The notes under the pieces were generated by a model. The model did no database searches, was not told where the DNA came from, and worked only from the letters and a program-made list of their open reading frames with translations. This document shows, in pieces, positions 1 to 7,238 of a stretch of 32,000 nt of DNA (positions within the stretch are counted from its first letter, which is position 1; each line of letters starts with the position of its first letter). A program made the position numbers and the translations under genes. The DNA is from an archaeon GW2011_AR10 (GTDB lineage Archaea > Iainarchaeota > Iainarchaeia > Iainarchaeales > GW2011-AR10): NCBI GenBank assembly GCA_000830275.1, contig CP010424.1:390001-422000 (forward strand). Reading direction: 5' to 3'.

Positions 1-111
1 CAAAGAGGGGCAATCAACTACACAGAATTCAAATCACTTGCATTAACCCTCCCGAAAGAGAAAGTTGACTCGCAACTTGAAGCCTTGCTCAAAAAATCTG
101 CTACAAAATAA
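1..111 (+). CDS. 3' end of an upstream CDS running into the window (product unknown)
   Basis: Frame 1 is open from base 1 to TAA at 109-111 (...QLEALLKKSATK*). It is too short to assign. Confidence 0.3.
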   Translation, partial: QRGAINYTEFKSLALTLPKEKVDSQLEALLKKSATK

Positions 112-182
112 AGAAGTTTTTGGCAAGCGCCCCAAAAACAATTTGTGCAGTTTTTTTAATCAGGTTGCCTTATTTTTTTTAC

Positions 183-482
183 ATGCATGACCTGAAAGCT
201 TTCAGGAAAAACGTTTGGTATCTGGTTGGGGCAACGCGCGGCGGGCCAATGCGAATCAGGATAATCTACGAGCTGATGGATAGGCCTTTGAACGCAAACC
301 AGTTGACGAAAAAGCTCGGCGTTGACTACAAAACCGTGAGGCACCACCTTGAGGTTCTGAAGAAAAACAACTGGATTACTATGGGGGAAGAAAAGTACGG
401 TTCCCTGTTTTTCCCTGCCTTCACCGAGGAACAAAAACAGGTTTTTGAGGAGGTTTTCCTTAAAATTGGGAAAAAATTTTAA
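183..482 (+). CDS. ArsR/winged-helix family transcriptional regulator
   Basis: ATG at 183 is in frame with track ORF 120-482. RIRIIYELMDRPLNANQLTKKLGVDYKTVRHHLEVLKKNNWI is a typical ArsR-type HTH. The TTG at 120 would only add a hydrophobic extension. Confidence 0.75.
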   Translation: MHDLKAFRKNVWYLVGATRGGPMRIRIIYELMDRPLNANQLTKKLGVDYKTVRHHLEVLKKNNWITMGEEKYGSLFFPAFTEEQKQVFEEVFLKIGKKF

Positions 483-500
483 TACACGCAATGGAGAGAC

Positions 501-788
501 ATGTATATGGTGGTTGAATTGATTGTTGTTATGGAGGCAGTAAACGTGCTGCTGCTTATTTTCCTGCTAAAGGTTTACGTGCAGAACTATATCCAAATGA
601 AGTCAGGCTTCAGCCTTGGACTGATACTTTTCTCTCTAATCCTTTTGCTGCAGAACGTTATGGCAGGATACTTCCACTTTGCCATGGTTGACTATTACTC
701 CGTTGAAGCAATGGGGCAGTCAACAGCTTTGACCATTTTGGAAACCGTTGCGTTGGCTGTTTTGGCATGGGTTACTTGGCGGGAATAA
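501..788 (+). CDS. small integral membrane protein, unknown function
   Basis: 95 aa with about 3 hydrophobic helices. GGAGA lies a few nt upstream of the ATG. It sits directly downstream of the ArsR-like gene. Confidence 0.55.
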   Translation: MYMVVELIVVMEAVNVLLLIFLLKVYVQNYIQMKSGFSLGLILFSLILLLQNVMAGYFHFAMVDYYSVEAMGQSTALTILETVALAVLAWVTWRE

Positions 789-843
789 CACTTCAATAAA
801 AGCATCTGGCTTTAAATACTAGAAAAAGTTTATTCTTATTCGC

Positions 844-1563
844 ATGAAAAAAACAGCGTTTTTGATTATTGCCCTGCTTTTGGCAGGCACTGCTTTTTCC
901 CATGAGACAGCGGAAAACAATGAGGAAGACCTGCCTGAATCTGACGCTGTTCTGGCGTTCATATACAATAACCCTCCAACAAATTATTTGATTGTAGGAT
1001 TTTTCGGCACAATTGCGCTCATAATCCTGTCAATTGTTCTCAAGCCAAAACAGGATGGAACCAAGAAAATCATTTTTGCATTCATTGTGGCATTTATTGG
1101 AATTCCCTCAGCTTACCTCGCTTTCTCAACTGTGTACGAAAACATTGTTTCAGAAACCGGGGGGCCAGTACACTGGCATGCAGACTACGAGATATTGGTT
1201 TGTGGAGAGCCACTTGAGCTGCTTGAGTCAGAGGGCATTGAAAACAAAGTTGGAAGCGCTGAAGTGCACGGACACAACGACTACAGAATACACATTGAGG
1301 GAACGCTTCTGTCAGAGCGCGAGGCCTCCCTTGGCAACTTTTTCAGGCAGATTGGAGGAGAGATGACTGAAACATCTCTTACAGTTCCGCTTAAGGACAA
1401 AACAATTGGGCACTGGGACAATGACATGGAATGCCCTGATGGAAAACAGGGAAAGTGGAAAATGGTTGTAAATGGAACTGAAACAGAATTTAACCCAGAG
1501 TATGTAATAGCCCCTTACTCCACTGTTCCACCCGGCGACTACATTGAAATGGTGTTTGAATGA
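844..1563 (+). CDS. membrane-anchored exported protein with paired His motifs
   Basis: CTTTAAATAC box at 810-819. The N-terminus is signal-like (MKKTAFLIIALLLAGTAFS) and is followed by two more hydrophobic helices. The C-terminal domain carries VHWHADYEILVCGE and VHGHNDYRIHIEG plus SLGNFF. I associate this pattern with exported proteins found next to thiol-disulfide genes, but I cannot name the family. Confidence 0.6.
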   Translation: MKKTAFLIIALLLAGTAFSHETAENNEEDLPESDAVLAFIYNNPPTNYLIVGFFGTIALIILSIVLKPKQDGTKKIIFAFIVAFIGIPSAYLAFSTVYENIVSETGGPVHWHADYEILVCGEPLELLESEGIENKVGSAEVHGHNDYRIHIEGTLLSEREASLGNFFRQIGGEMTETSLTVPLKDKTIGHWDNDMECPDGKQGKWKMVVNGTETEFNPEYVIAPYSTVPPGDYIEMVFE

Positions 1564-1578
1564 GGAAAAGTGATTTGA

Positions 1579-2289
1579 ATGGCAGTTGAGGCAAGCCTGC
1601 CAACTCTTGGCACAGTGGTAGTTACTGCCCTTATTGACTCAATTAACCCGTGTGCTATCGGCGTGCTAATTCTGCTGATTTCAACAATTATTGCCGGCTC
1701 CCAATCAAAAAAACAAATGGTTAAAATGGGGCTTATTTACATTGCAGCTGTTTATGTTACTTACTTTGCGGCAGGCTTGGGATTGACTCTGTTCCTCACG
1801 CAAATTCCCCTCATCTTTGCTGAATACATTTCAATTGCAGTTGGGCTTGTCATTATTTCTGCCGGGCTGATTGAAATAAAGGACTTTTATTGGTATGGAA
1901 AAGGCATTTCGCTTGCAATTCCTGCAGATAAGGCAAAAAAAATCCATGAGCTGTCAAAAAACCTTACACTACCTGGGCTGATATTTTTAGGGGTGTTCGT
2001 TGCAGGGGTTGAACTGCCGTGCACTGGCGGGCCCTACCTTGCAATAACGCTTATTCTTTCGCAGAACTTTAACCTGACAGCAGTTGCACTGCTGGCATTA
2101 TATAACATTATATTCGTTCTCCCGCTTGTGGGAATTTTGCTTCTTGCAGCAGCGGGAACAAAAATACAGGACATCAAAATGTGGAAGCACGCCAACAGGG
2201 CATACATGCGCCTTGCAATCGGCTTGCTCCTGGTTGTTCTCGGCTGGATGCTGATGCTTATTGCAAACGGCACAATCAACTTTGGGTAG
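1579..2289 (+). CDS. CcdA/DsbD-like thiol-disulfide transporter family membrane protein
   Basis: Polytopic membrane protein. It has two membrane-embedded Cys motifs, INPCAIG and LPCTGGPYL, as in the cytochrome c biogenesis/DsbD transmembrane family. It starts 15 nt after the previous gene. Confidence 0.7.
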   Translation: MAVEASLPTLGTVVVTALIDSINPCAIGVLILLISTIIAGSQSKKQMVKMGLIYIAAVYVTYFAAGLGLTLFLTQIPLIFAEYISIAVGLVIISAGLIEIKDFYWYGKGISLAIPADKAKKIHELSKNLTLPGLIFLGVFVAGVELPCTGGPYLAITLILSQNFNLTAVALLALYNIIFVLPLVGILLLAAAGTKIQDIKMWKHANRAYMRLAIGLLLVVLGWMLMLIANGTINFG

Positions 2290-2297
2290 GTGAAAAA

Positions 2298-2567
2298 GTG
2301 GTTTTAATAGTAAAAAGGAAAGGGCACAAGGAAAAGTTTGACGAAAAGAAAGCGTACGCTTCATGCTATTATGCTGCAAGAAACTGCCATTACTCCGAGC
2401 AAAAATCTGAAAAAATCGCCAGCGCAGCATTAAGTAAACTCAAGTCTTGGCTTAAGGGAAAAAATGAAATTGACTCAGCAGAACTTTTCCAGTTCATTGC
2501 AAAGCAGCTAAAACAAATAGATAAGGACGCCGGATTCATGTACGAAACGCACAGGGATATAAACTGA
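2298..2567 (+). CDS. stand-alone ATP-cone domain protein
   Basis: GTG at 2298 is preceded by GGTGA (2289-2293). VVLIVKRKGHKEKFDEKKAYASCYYAARN fits the ATP-cone opening pattern (VIKRDGxxExFDxxK). The longer track ORF from 2181 overlaps the previous gene. Confidence 0.55.
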   Translation: MVLIVKRKGHKEKFDEKKAYASCYYAARNCHYSEQKSEKIASAALSKLKSWLKGKNEIDSAELFQFIAKQLKQIDKDAGFMYETHRDIN

Positions 2568-2653
2568 ATTCACCAAAAAAATAAGTTGAAATCGCGGAAA
2601 GGAATAAGCCAGAGGTTCACTTTGCCGCGATCATTGTTCACAAAAAATAAACA

Positions 2654-2730
2654 CGCGGGGGACGAGATTTGAACTCGTGAAGCGGAAAGATCCGCTTGCA
2701 ATCAGTGGGTCTCGCTCCGCTCGAGCCCAC
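2654..2730 (-). other. orphan tRNA-Ser-like 3' half (split-tRNA half gene, or att-type remnant)
   Basis: The minus strand starts with a leader hairpin, GTGGGCTCG-AGCGGAG-CGAGACCCAC, followed by CTGATTGCAA. Next comes a variable-arm-like hairpin GCGGA-TCTT-TCCGC, then TT, then CACGAG-TTCAAAT-CTCGT CCCCCGC G, then TGTTTATTTTTTG. The last 27 nt are identical to 4180-4206. There is no matching GCGGGGG 5' strand nearby. Confidence 0.5.
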
Positions 2731-2798
2731 TTAAAAACAAATTTTTACTTTTGACTTGGTTATTTTTGCGCAAAAAAAATTCTTCCATCAAATCACCT

Positions 2799-2814
2799 GC
2801 TATTTTCAAATAGC
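2799..2814. promoter_or_regulatory. palindromic operator candidate upstream of the RHH antitoxin gene
   Basis: Inverted repeat GCTATTT-TC-AAATAGC. An extra AAATAGC half-site at 2857-2863 overlaps the GTTTAAATAG box at 2853-2862, about 27 nt before ATG 2885. Confidence 0.4.
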
Positions 2815-2884
2815 GTTTATCCAAAGCCTATTAAGCAATTTTGGGCAATTAAGTTTAAATAGCTTTAGGTTCCTATTGATATCT

Positions 2885-3139
2885 ATGGTTACTAAGCAGA
2901 TTAATCTAAAGATTTCGGATAACCTTTATTCTTCTGCAAAGTCTTTTGCACAAAGCTACGGTTACAAAAACGTGCAGGAACTTGCGGCCGACTCATTGAG
3001 AGAAAAGATTTTTGAAAAAAGCGCATTTGACGAGTCATTTTCAGACAAAGAAATAGAATTAATTGACAAGATTATTGAGAAAACTGTTAAAAGCGGAAAG
3101 CTTGTTGATGCAAAAGAATACTTTAAGGAATTTGAATGA
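2885..3139 (+). CDS. ribbon-helix-helix (CopG/Arc-like) antitoxin candidate
   Basis: ATG at 2885 is in frame with track ORF 2756. The N-terminal KQINLKISDNLYSSAKSFA (beta strand then helices) is RHH-like. The stop overlaps the start of the toxin gene by 4 nt (ATGA). Confidence 0.6.
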   Translation: MVTKQINLKISDNLYSSAKSFAQSYGYKNVQELAADSLREKIFEKSAFDESFSDKEIELIDKIIEKTVKSGKLVDAKEYFKEFE

Positions 3140-3426
3140 CTTTCACAGTAAAGCTTTCTCCTGTAATGGTAGAGCAATTAAACAAACTCGACGAAAAATC
3201 CAAAAAAATCATATCAGAAAAAATAAAGATTATAGAAGAAAACCCATTTCACTTCAAAAAAATCCACTCAAAGCGCTTCCGAAAAGTATTTCGGATAAGG
3301 TTGAATCTGCAAGGCAAAGAAATGCGACTAATTTATGTTGTTTTTGAACCAAACATTATTCTGGCGTGCCTGCTTGATAGAAACAAAAATTACACGGACT
3401 TGGAAAAATACCTCAACAAAATTTGA
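3136..3426 (+). CDS. RelE/ParE-superfamily toxin
   Basis: 96 aa. FRIRLNLQGKEMRLIYVVFEPNIILACLLDRNKNY matches the RelE-like pattern (R-I-R-x-G-x-x-R-L-I-Y ... I-x-x-H-R-K-x-x-Y). It is translationally coupled to the upstream RHH gene. Confidence 0.7.
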   Translation: MTFTVKLSPVMVEQLNKLDEKSKKIISEKIKIIEENPFHFKKIHSKRFRKVFRIRLNLQGKEMRLIYVVFEPNIILACLLDRNKNYTDLEKYLNKI

Positions 3427-3437
3427 ATGGGCAATAT

Positions 3438-4028
3438 TTATTTTTTGAATTGCGTCCAATTTTTTAGTTCTGTTGCCGTTGCAATTTTATCCACTGCAAA
3501 TACAAAAGCAAAGCCAGCAATTGGGTTTGGAATCAATTGGAGGCCAATTAAAACCCAGAACAATAGTGTAGTAAGTATGGCTCCAATCAAATAGGTTTTT
3601 TTGGAATACGACTTTTCACTGATTCTTTCTTCAAACAACTCTTTGTCTGTAAATGGTTTTCCTTTCAGCTCTGCAACTGCCACTATAATAATTACTGTCG
3701 CTATGATGCTTAATGTATAAATCACAGTGAAATTTTGAAATAAAGTATTTGAACTGAAAGAAAAAAGTCCTGATTCAAGTTGAGCCATTAATGCTGCTAA
3801 GACGGGGATTTGAGAGAAAGCATACAAATATTTTTTTGACTCAATACTGCTGTTTCCTTTTAAAATAAACTTCCAAAGGTAAAACAAAAAAAGTAAAGTC
3901 CCGGCTAAAAATCTTGGGTCCAAAACAAGATCGGGTAATGATAAAATTATCCAAAAATAATAGACAATAAAGTTTGTAAAGTCAAGTTTTGAAAGAGTTG
4001 GCAAAAAATTCAAAAAAACTTTTCTCAT
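3438..4028 (-). CDS. polytopic membrane protein, unknown function
   Basis: Multiple hydrophobic helices. ATG at 4028 is preferred. TTG at 4079 (the track start) would add 17 aa. Confidence 0.5.
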   Translation of the reverse strand: MRKVFLNFLPTLSKLDFTNFIVYYFWIILSLPDLVLDPRFLAGTLLFLFYLWKFILKGNSSIESKKYLYAFSQIPVLAALMAQLESGLFSFSSNTLFQNFTVIYTLSIIATVIIIVAVAELKGKPFTDKELFEERISEKSYSKKTYLIGAILTTLLFWVLIGLQLIPNPIAGFAFVFAVDKIATATELKNWTQFKK

Positions 4029-4180
4029 CAAAAAAAAACTCCATTTGAACTTGTATACTAAATTTTTGTGCTTTTCCAATATTTAAACATCACACAGATT
4101 TACACTTTTTAACTCACGCGGGGAACGTAACAAAGTTACGAAATCCGACGCGGCAAATGCCCGCCAAAAAAAGGGCAAGA

Positions 4181-4362
4181 CGCGGGGGACGAGATTTGAA
4201 CTCGTGCACCCTTTCGAGTAACAGCTTGCTGCAAACCAAAATTATTTTTTTATTTCATATTTATGAGGGTTCGAATGAAATGAGAACCCTCGACGTATTC
4301 CGTCACAGCCGGACGGAACCGGCTTAGCAGGCTGCCGCGTTAGACCACTCCGCCACCCCCGC
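4181..4362 (-). tRNA. tRNA-Ser(GCU), class II, with two intron-like inserts
   Basis: The minus strand reads GCGGGGG TG GCG GAGTGGTCTAA CGC G GCAGC CTGCTA [about 14-nt insert, 4311-4324] G GCTGT. The variable arm is GACG-GAATA-CGTC. An insert of about 82 nt follows (about 4209-4290), then TGC ACGAG-TTCAAAT-CTCGT CCCCCGC G. The mature length would be about 86 nt. No CCA is encoded and a T7 tract follows. Confidence 0.75.
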
Positions 4363-4382
4363 AACTTAAGCCGAAGTTGACT

Positions 4383-4546
4383 AAAACTTTGGCAACTGAA
4401 TATGTTTAATCATTTCTTTCGCCAAAGTTTTACACGGCGTACCATGCTTTGCATGGTACTGGTTCGCACTTTCGTGCTCGCAAAAACGGAAACCTCCGTT
4501 TGCCGCCTATGCCACCCTCGCTAGCACATGCTTGGCATCTAATGCC
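4383..4546 (-). ncRNA. unassigned structured RNA candidate (hairpin plus 72-nt cloverleaf-like fold)
   Basis: An 11-bp inverted repeat AAAACTTTGGC/GCCAAAGTTTT spans 4383-4431. GGCG/CGCC closes three hairpins within 4436-4507. On the minus strand these are ACGGA-GGTT-TCCGT, GCAC-GAAA-GTGC (flanked by possible tandem G.A pairs) and TACCATGC-AAA-GCATGGTA. A further hairpin GGCAT-CTA-ATGCC lies at 4534-4546. The strand is guessed from the GAAA loop. Confidence 0.3.
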
Positions 4547-4653
4547 TCGCACAATTTCGGTCAAAACAATTTAGGGGGAATAAATTATTTAATGCTTGCT
4601 TAACCAAAAAAACCTTGAAAATGGCTTAAAATTAAATAAAACAAAGAAGTACT

Positions 4654-4812
4654 ATGATTATGCCCCAAAAGCCTGAAAAGTCAAAGGAAGAGGTGCTGGA
4701 AGAATTAAAGCAAAAAGTTTACTCTGACAGGTTCGTGCTTTGGGTGAAAATAATTTTTTTGGCCCTGCTTGCACTTGCACTGCTAACCTACTTTTACTTG
4801 CACTTCAACTGA
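4654..4812 (+). CDS. 52-aa tail-anchored small membrane protein candidate
   Basis: The ORF runs from ATG to TGA and encodes MIMPQKPEKSKEEVLEELKQKVYSDRFVLWVKIIFLALLALALLTYFYLHFN. It is below the track length cut-off. It has a polar N-terminus and one TM helix. Confidence 0.35.
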   Translation: MIMPQKPEKSKEEVLEELKQKVYSDRFVLWVKIIFLALLALALLTYFYLHFN

Positions 4813-4857
4813 AATGCAAGAGTAAGCTTAAATTAAAGTTTGAGTTCAATATAAAGC

Positions 4858-5502
4858 ATGAAAATTCCAAAACAAATGGTTTTAGGAATTGCACTGTTTT
4901 TGCTTTTAAGCGGCTGCACGCAGCAACAGCCACCAGGCAACGGCAGTGAACCAGAAAACGGAGGCGCTTCCCCTGAAAAGTTCTGCAGCAACGCAACAGG
5001 ATACAAAACATCAGAGCTGGAACTTGATTCAGGAGAAAAACTAATTCAATTGGACCAAAACAGCAGTGAACTGCTCTGGAACAGGCTTGCAGAAAACCCG
5101 GCAGCGGTTTCAGAGTTAAGTGATTTGAGCTGCCTTGAAATCCTATCCCTCTCCTACACTGGTGTCAATGACTTAACCGCTTTAAGCGGTTTAACAAAAC
5201 TAAAATCGCTTTATTTGAAGGGAACCGCAATTGGCGACTTGCGAGGAATTTCCGGTTTTACTTCACTGAAGCAGCTATACCTATCTGACACAAACGTTTC
5301 AGATATTTCGATTGCGAAAAACTTCAAAGAGCTTGAAGTGCTAGACTTGTGGGGAACAAATGTTTCAGATGTGAGCAGCTTGCGCGGGCTGGACAAACTT
5401 AAAGAGGTTTACTTGCCTGAAACCAATGTTTCACAGCAGGACTGCGAGTCGCTGAAAGAACAGCTTCCTGAAACAGAAATAATCTGCCCAGAAGATATTT
5501 GA
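4858..5502 (+). CDS. leucine-rich-repeat lipoprotein/secreted protein
   Basis: Lipobox-like LLLSGC. There are at least 6 tandem units of about 22 aa of the form L-x-x-L-x-L-x-x-T-x-V-S-D-(I/L/V)-S-x-L. Confidence 0.75.
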   Translation: MKIPKQMVLGIALFLLLSGCTQQQPPGNGSEPENGGASPEKFCSNATGYKTSELELDSGEKLIQLDQNSSELLWNRLAENPAAVSELSDLSCLEILSLSYTGVNDLTALSGLTKLKSLYLKGTAIGDLRGISGFTSLKQLYLSDTNVSDISIAKNFKELEVLDLWGTNVSDVSSLRGLDKLKEVYLPETNVSQQDCESLKEQLPETEIICPEDI

Positions 5503-5543
5503 ATACGCGATCTAATCAAACATTTATCCAAAAATGGTTCTTT

Positions 5544-5624
5544 TTACAGTAAAACAAACAGCAAAACTATTACTGCGGCAATCGCCCAAATCACTATCGC
5601 GAAATCGCTTAAACTGACTCTCAT
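5544..5624 (-). CDS. 26-aa hydrophobic micro-protein candidate
   Basis: Encodes MRVSLSDFAIVIWAIAAVIVLLFVLL. AGGTG lies 6 nt upstream of the ATG. A TATA-like box lies at 5654-5667, about 35 nt upstream. Confidence 0.3.
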   Translation of the reverse strand: MRVSLSDFAIVIWAIAAVIVLLFVLL

Positions 5625-5653
5625 ATAGGCACCTGAAAAAAATACGCTTTCCC

Positions 5654-5667
5654 GGTATTTAAAGGTT
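5654..5667 (-). promoter_or_regulatory. TATA-box-like element (AACCTTTAAATACC on minus strand)
   Basis: Identical 14-mer to 6985-6998. It is positioned upstream of the 26-aa ORF and overlaps the stop codon of the 5666-6964 gene. Confidence 0.35.
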
Positions 5668-6964
5668 AGGTTGTTTGAGCGAACTCTCTCCTGAATTTCT
5701 TTTCAACTGATTTTGGAATAAATTTCCTGGCACGTTTTTTTCCTTCCCGAATTTGCTTTTTTCTTATATCCAAAGCCTGCATTGTTTTCTTCGCTCTCGT
5801 TGCCTTGCCTTTCAAAACCGGCAACTGGCCGTTAACGGATGCAGTAATCTCGCCTTGAACTGTTCTCAGCCTATTTCGCTCGCCCCTGATTCTTTCATTA
5901 AGGCCCTTAATTGTAACTTGGTGGTTTAGCGTTAGGTCCTCAATTTCTTGTCCAAGCCTGACAGCTGTGCGGTGCAAGCCAGCACGCTTTCTGCCGGAAG
6001 CAGCCTCACGCTGCGCCTTTACTTGTTTTAATAAAACAACTTTTTTGAGCCTTTCCATCCTTGCTTTTTTCTCTTTAGGCGCCGTGCGTTCCCTAATCAA
6101 AGCAATTTTTCCAACAATGTGGCTTTTTCTCTTAACCGCAAGTTTCCTTAAGTTCTCTAAACGAGTCCTTTCCTTTGGCAAAAATTCTTTGGAAGCCAGT
6201 TGAGCATCAAGGCCCTTAATCAATGCATTCTCTTTCCGCAAAAACTTGGTAAGCTCTCCAATGGTGGCTACGTTCATGTAATAGTTGACCAATGAGGTGT
6301 TTTCGCGCATATTAATTTCTTTTGAGCCGAATTCCTCGTATTCAGGGTTAAATTCCTTTGCTTTGCGTTCTACAATCTTTAACCTGTGCTCTGCATCACT
6401 GATTTTTTTATTTAGCAATGTTTCTTCAATGGTTGAAGGCTTTATGCTGCCGTCAGAATATCCCTTTTTCAGCAGTTTTTGCAGCACACTGATTGTTGTT
6501 TCCTCTTCCTCTGCAAACCTCGCCAAGGCACTGAAGTCTCTTATGTTATTCAGAATTCTGGTTCTATGGATGTGTTCATCAAGGGCCTGCCCAAAGTGGT
6601 ACTCTCTCTCCAGCTTAGCTGCCCTATTAATGCTCTCCGAGGCACTCTTTCTCAGGTTGCCTGCTCTTTTTTCAGTCCTTGTAAGAGCGGAAACCCCTTT
6701 CCAAAAAAATCTTTTCAGCGGGTTTCTCGAGGGCTTAATCCTGCCCATTAACTCTTTATCCGGCACACCACGAAGCTTCAGTTGCGCGCCAAACTCATCA
6801 AGCCTGTTCCTGCTCATTCCCTTGGTGGCTCTTGCCTCAAGCGCTTCAGCCTTGCTTGTTAACCTATCAAACCTAGCGTACTCTGACTCATAAGCTCGCT
6901 TCAGTTCCTCCAAAGAGCGCGGCTCATTAAGGCGCTTCCCGGCACTTCTCCTTCTAAAAGGCAT
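5666..6964 (-). CDS. 432-aa Lys/Arg/Glu-rich coiled-coil-like orphan protein
   Basis: Long ORF. ATG at 6964 lies about 25 nt downstream of a TATA-like box. TTG at 7003 (the track start) is an alternative. I recognise no domain. Confidence 0.65.
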   Translation of the reverse strand: MPFRRRSAGKRLNEPRSLEELKRAYESEYARFDRLTSKAEALEARATKGMSRNRLDEFGAQLKLRGVPDKELMGRIKPSRNPLKRFFWKGVSALTRTEKRAGNLRKSASESINRAAKLEREYHFGQALDEHIHRTRILNNIRDFSALARFAEEEETTISVLQKLLKKGYSDGSIKPSTIEETLLNKKISDAEHRLKIVERKAKEFNPEYEEFGSKEINMRENTSLVNYYMNVATIGELTKFLRKENALIKGLDAQLASKEFLPKERTRLENLRKLAVKRKSHIVGKIALIRERTAPKEKKARMERLKKVVLLKQVKAQREAASGRKRAGLHRTAVRLGQEIEDLTLNHQVTIKGLNERIRGERNRLRTVQGEITASVNGQLPVLKGKATRAKKTMQALDIRKKQIREGKKRARKFIPKSVEKKFRREFAQTT

Positions 6965-6984
6965 AGAAAGAATACGCCACTTTT

Positions 6985-6998
6985 GGTATTTAAAGGTT
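6985..6998 (-). promoter_or_regulatory. TATA-box-like element for the 5666-6964 gene
   Basis: AACCTTTAAATACC on the minus strand, centred about 27 nt upstream of ATG 6964. Confidence 0.45.
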
Positions 6999-7238
6999 TT
7001 CAAAGCAAAAAAAGTATTTGAATGCAGAAAAAACAGTTAAATAAATTGGCTAGAAACCAGCGCCCTCATCAACAATAACTTTCAACTCCTTTTCCATTCT
7101 CCGATCAGGGCCAGTGAAAGCAACTTTTTTACCACTATTTTTTCTAGGTCTCCTCGGTTGCGGCATGAAAAAATAGCATGAAAAAATAACAACAAAACCA
7201 CTATTTAAAAGTGTTTTTTTGGCGTACGAAATGTAAAG

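Noticed and set aside
4262-4292. Plus-strand GAGGGTTCGAATG... resembling a tRNA T-arm
   Set aside because: No acceptor, D or anticodon arms exist on the plus strand. The hairpin is better explained as internal structure of the large insert in the minus-strand tRNA-Ser.
6285-6893. 202-aa plus-strand ORF antisense to the basic orphan gene
   Set aside because: It is Ser/Leu-rich low complexity, typical of the reverse frame of a Lys/Glu/Arg-rich gene. It has no promoter or SD.
7050-7166. 38-aa minus-strand ORF (MPQPRRPRKNSGKKVAFTGPDRRMEKELKVIVDEGAGF)
   Set aside because: It has no clear promoter or SD and is too short to evaluate. It could be real, but the sequence alone does not support it.
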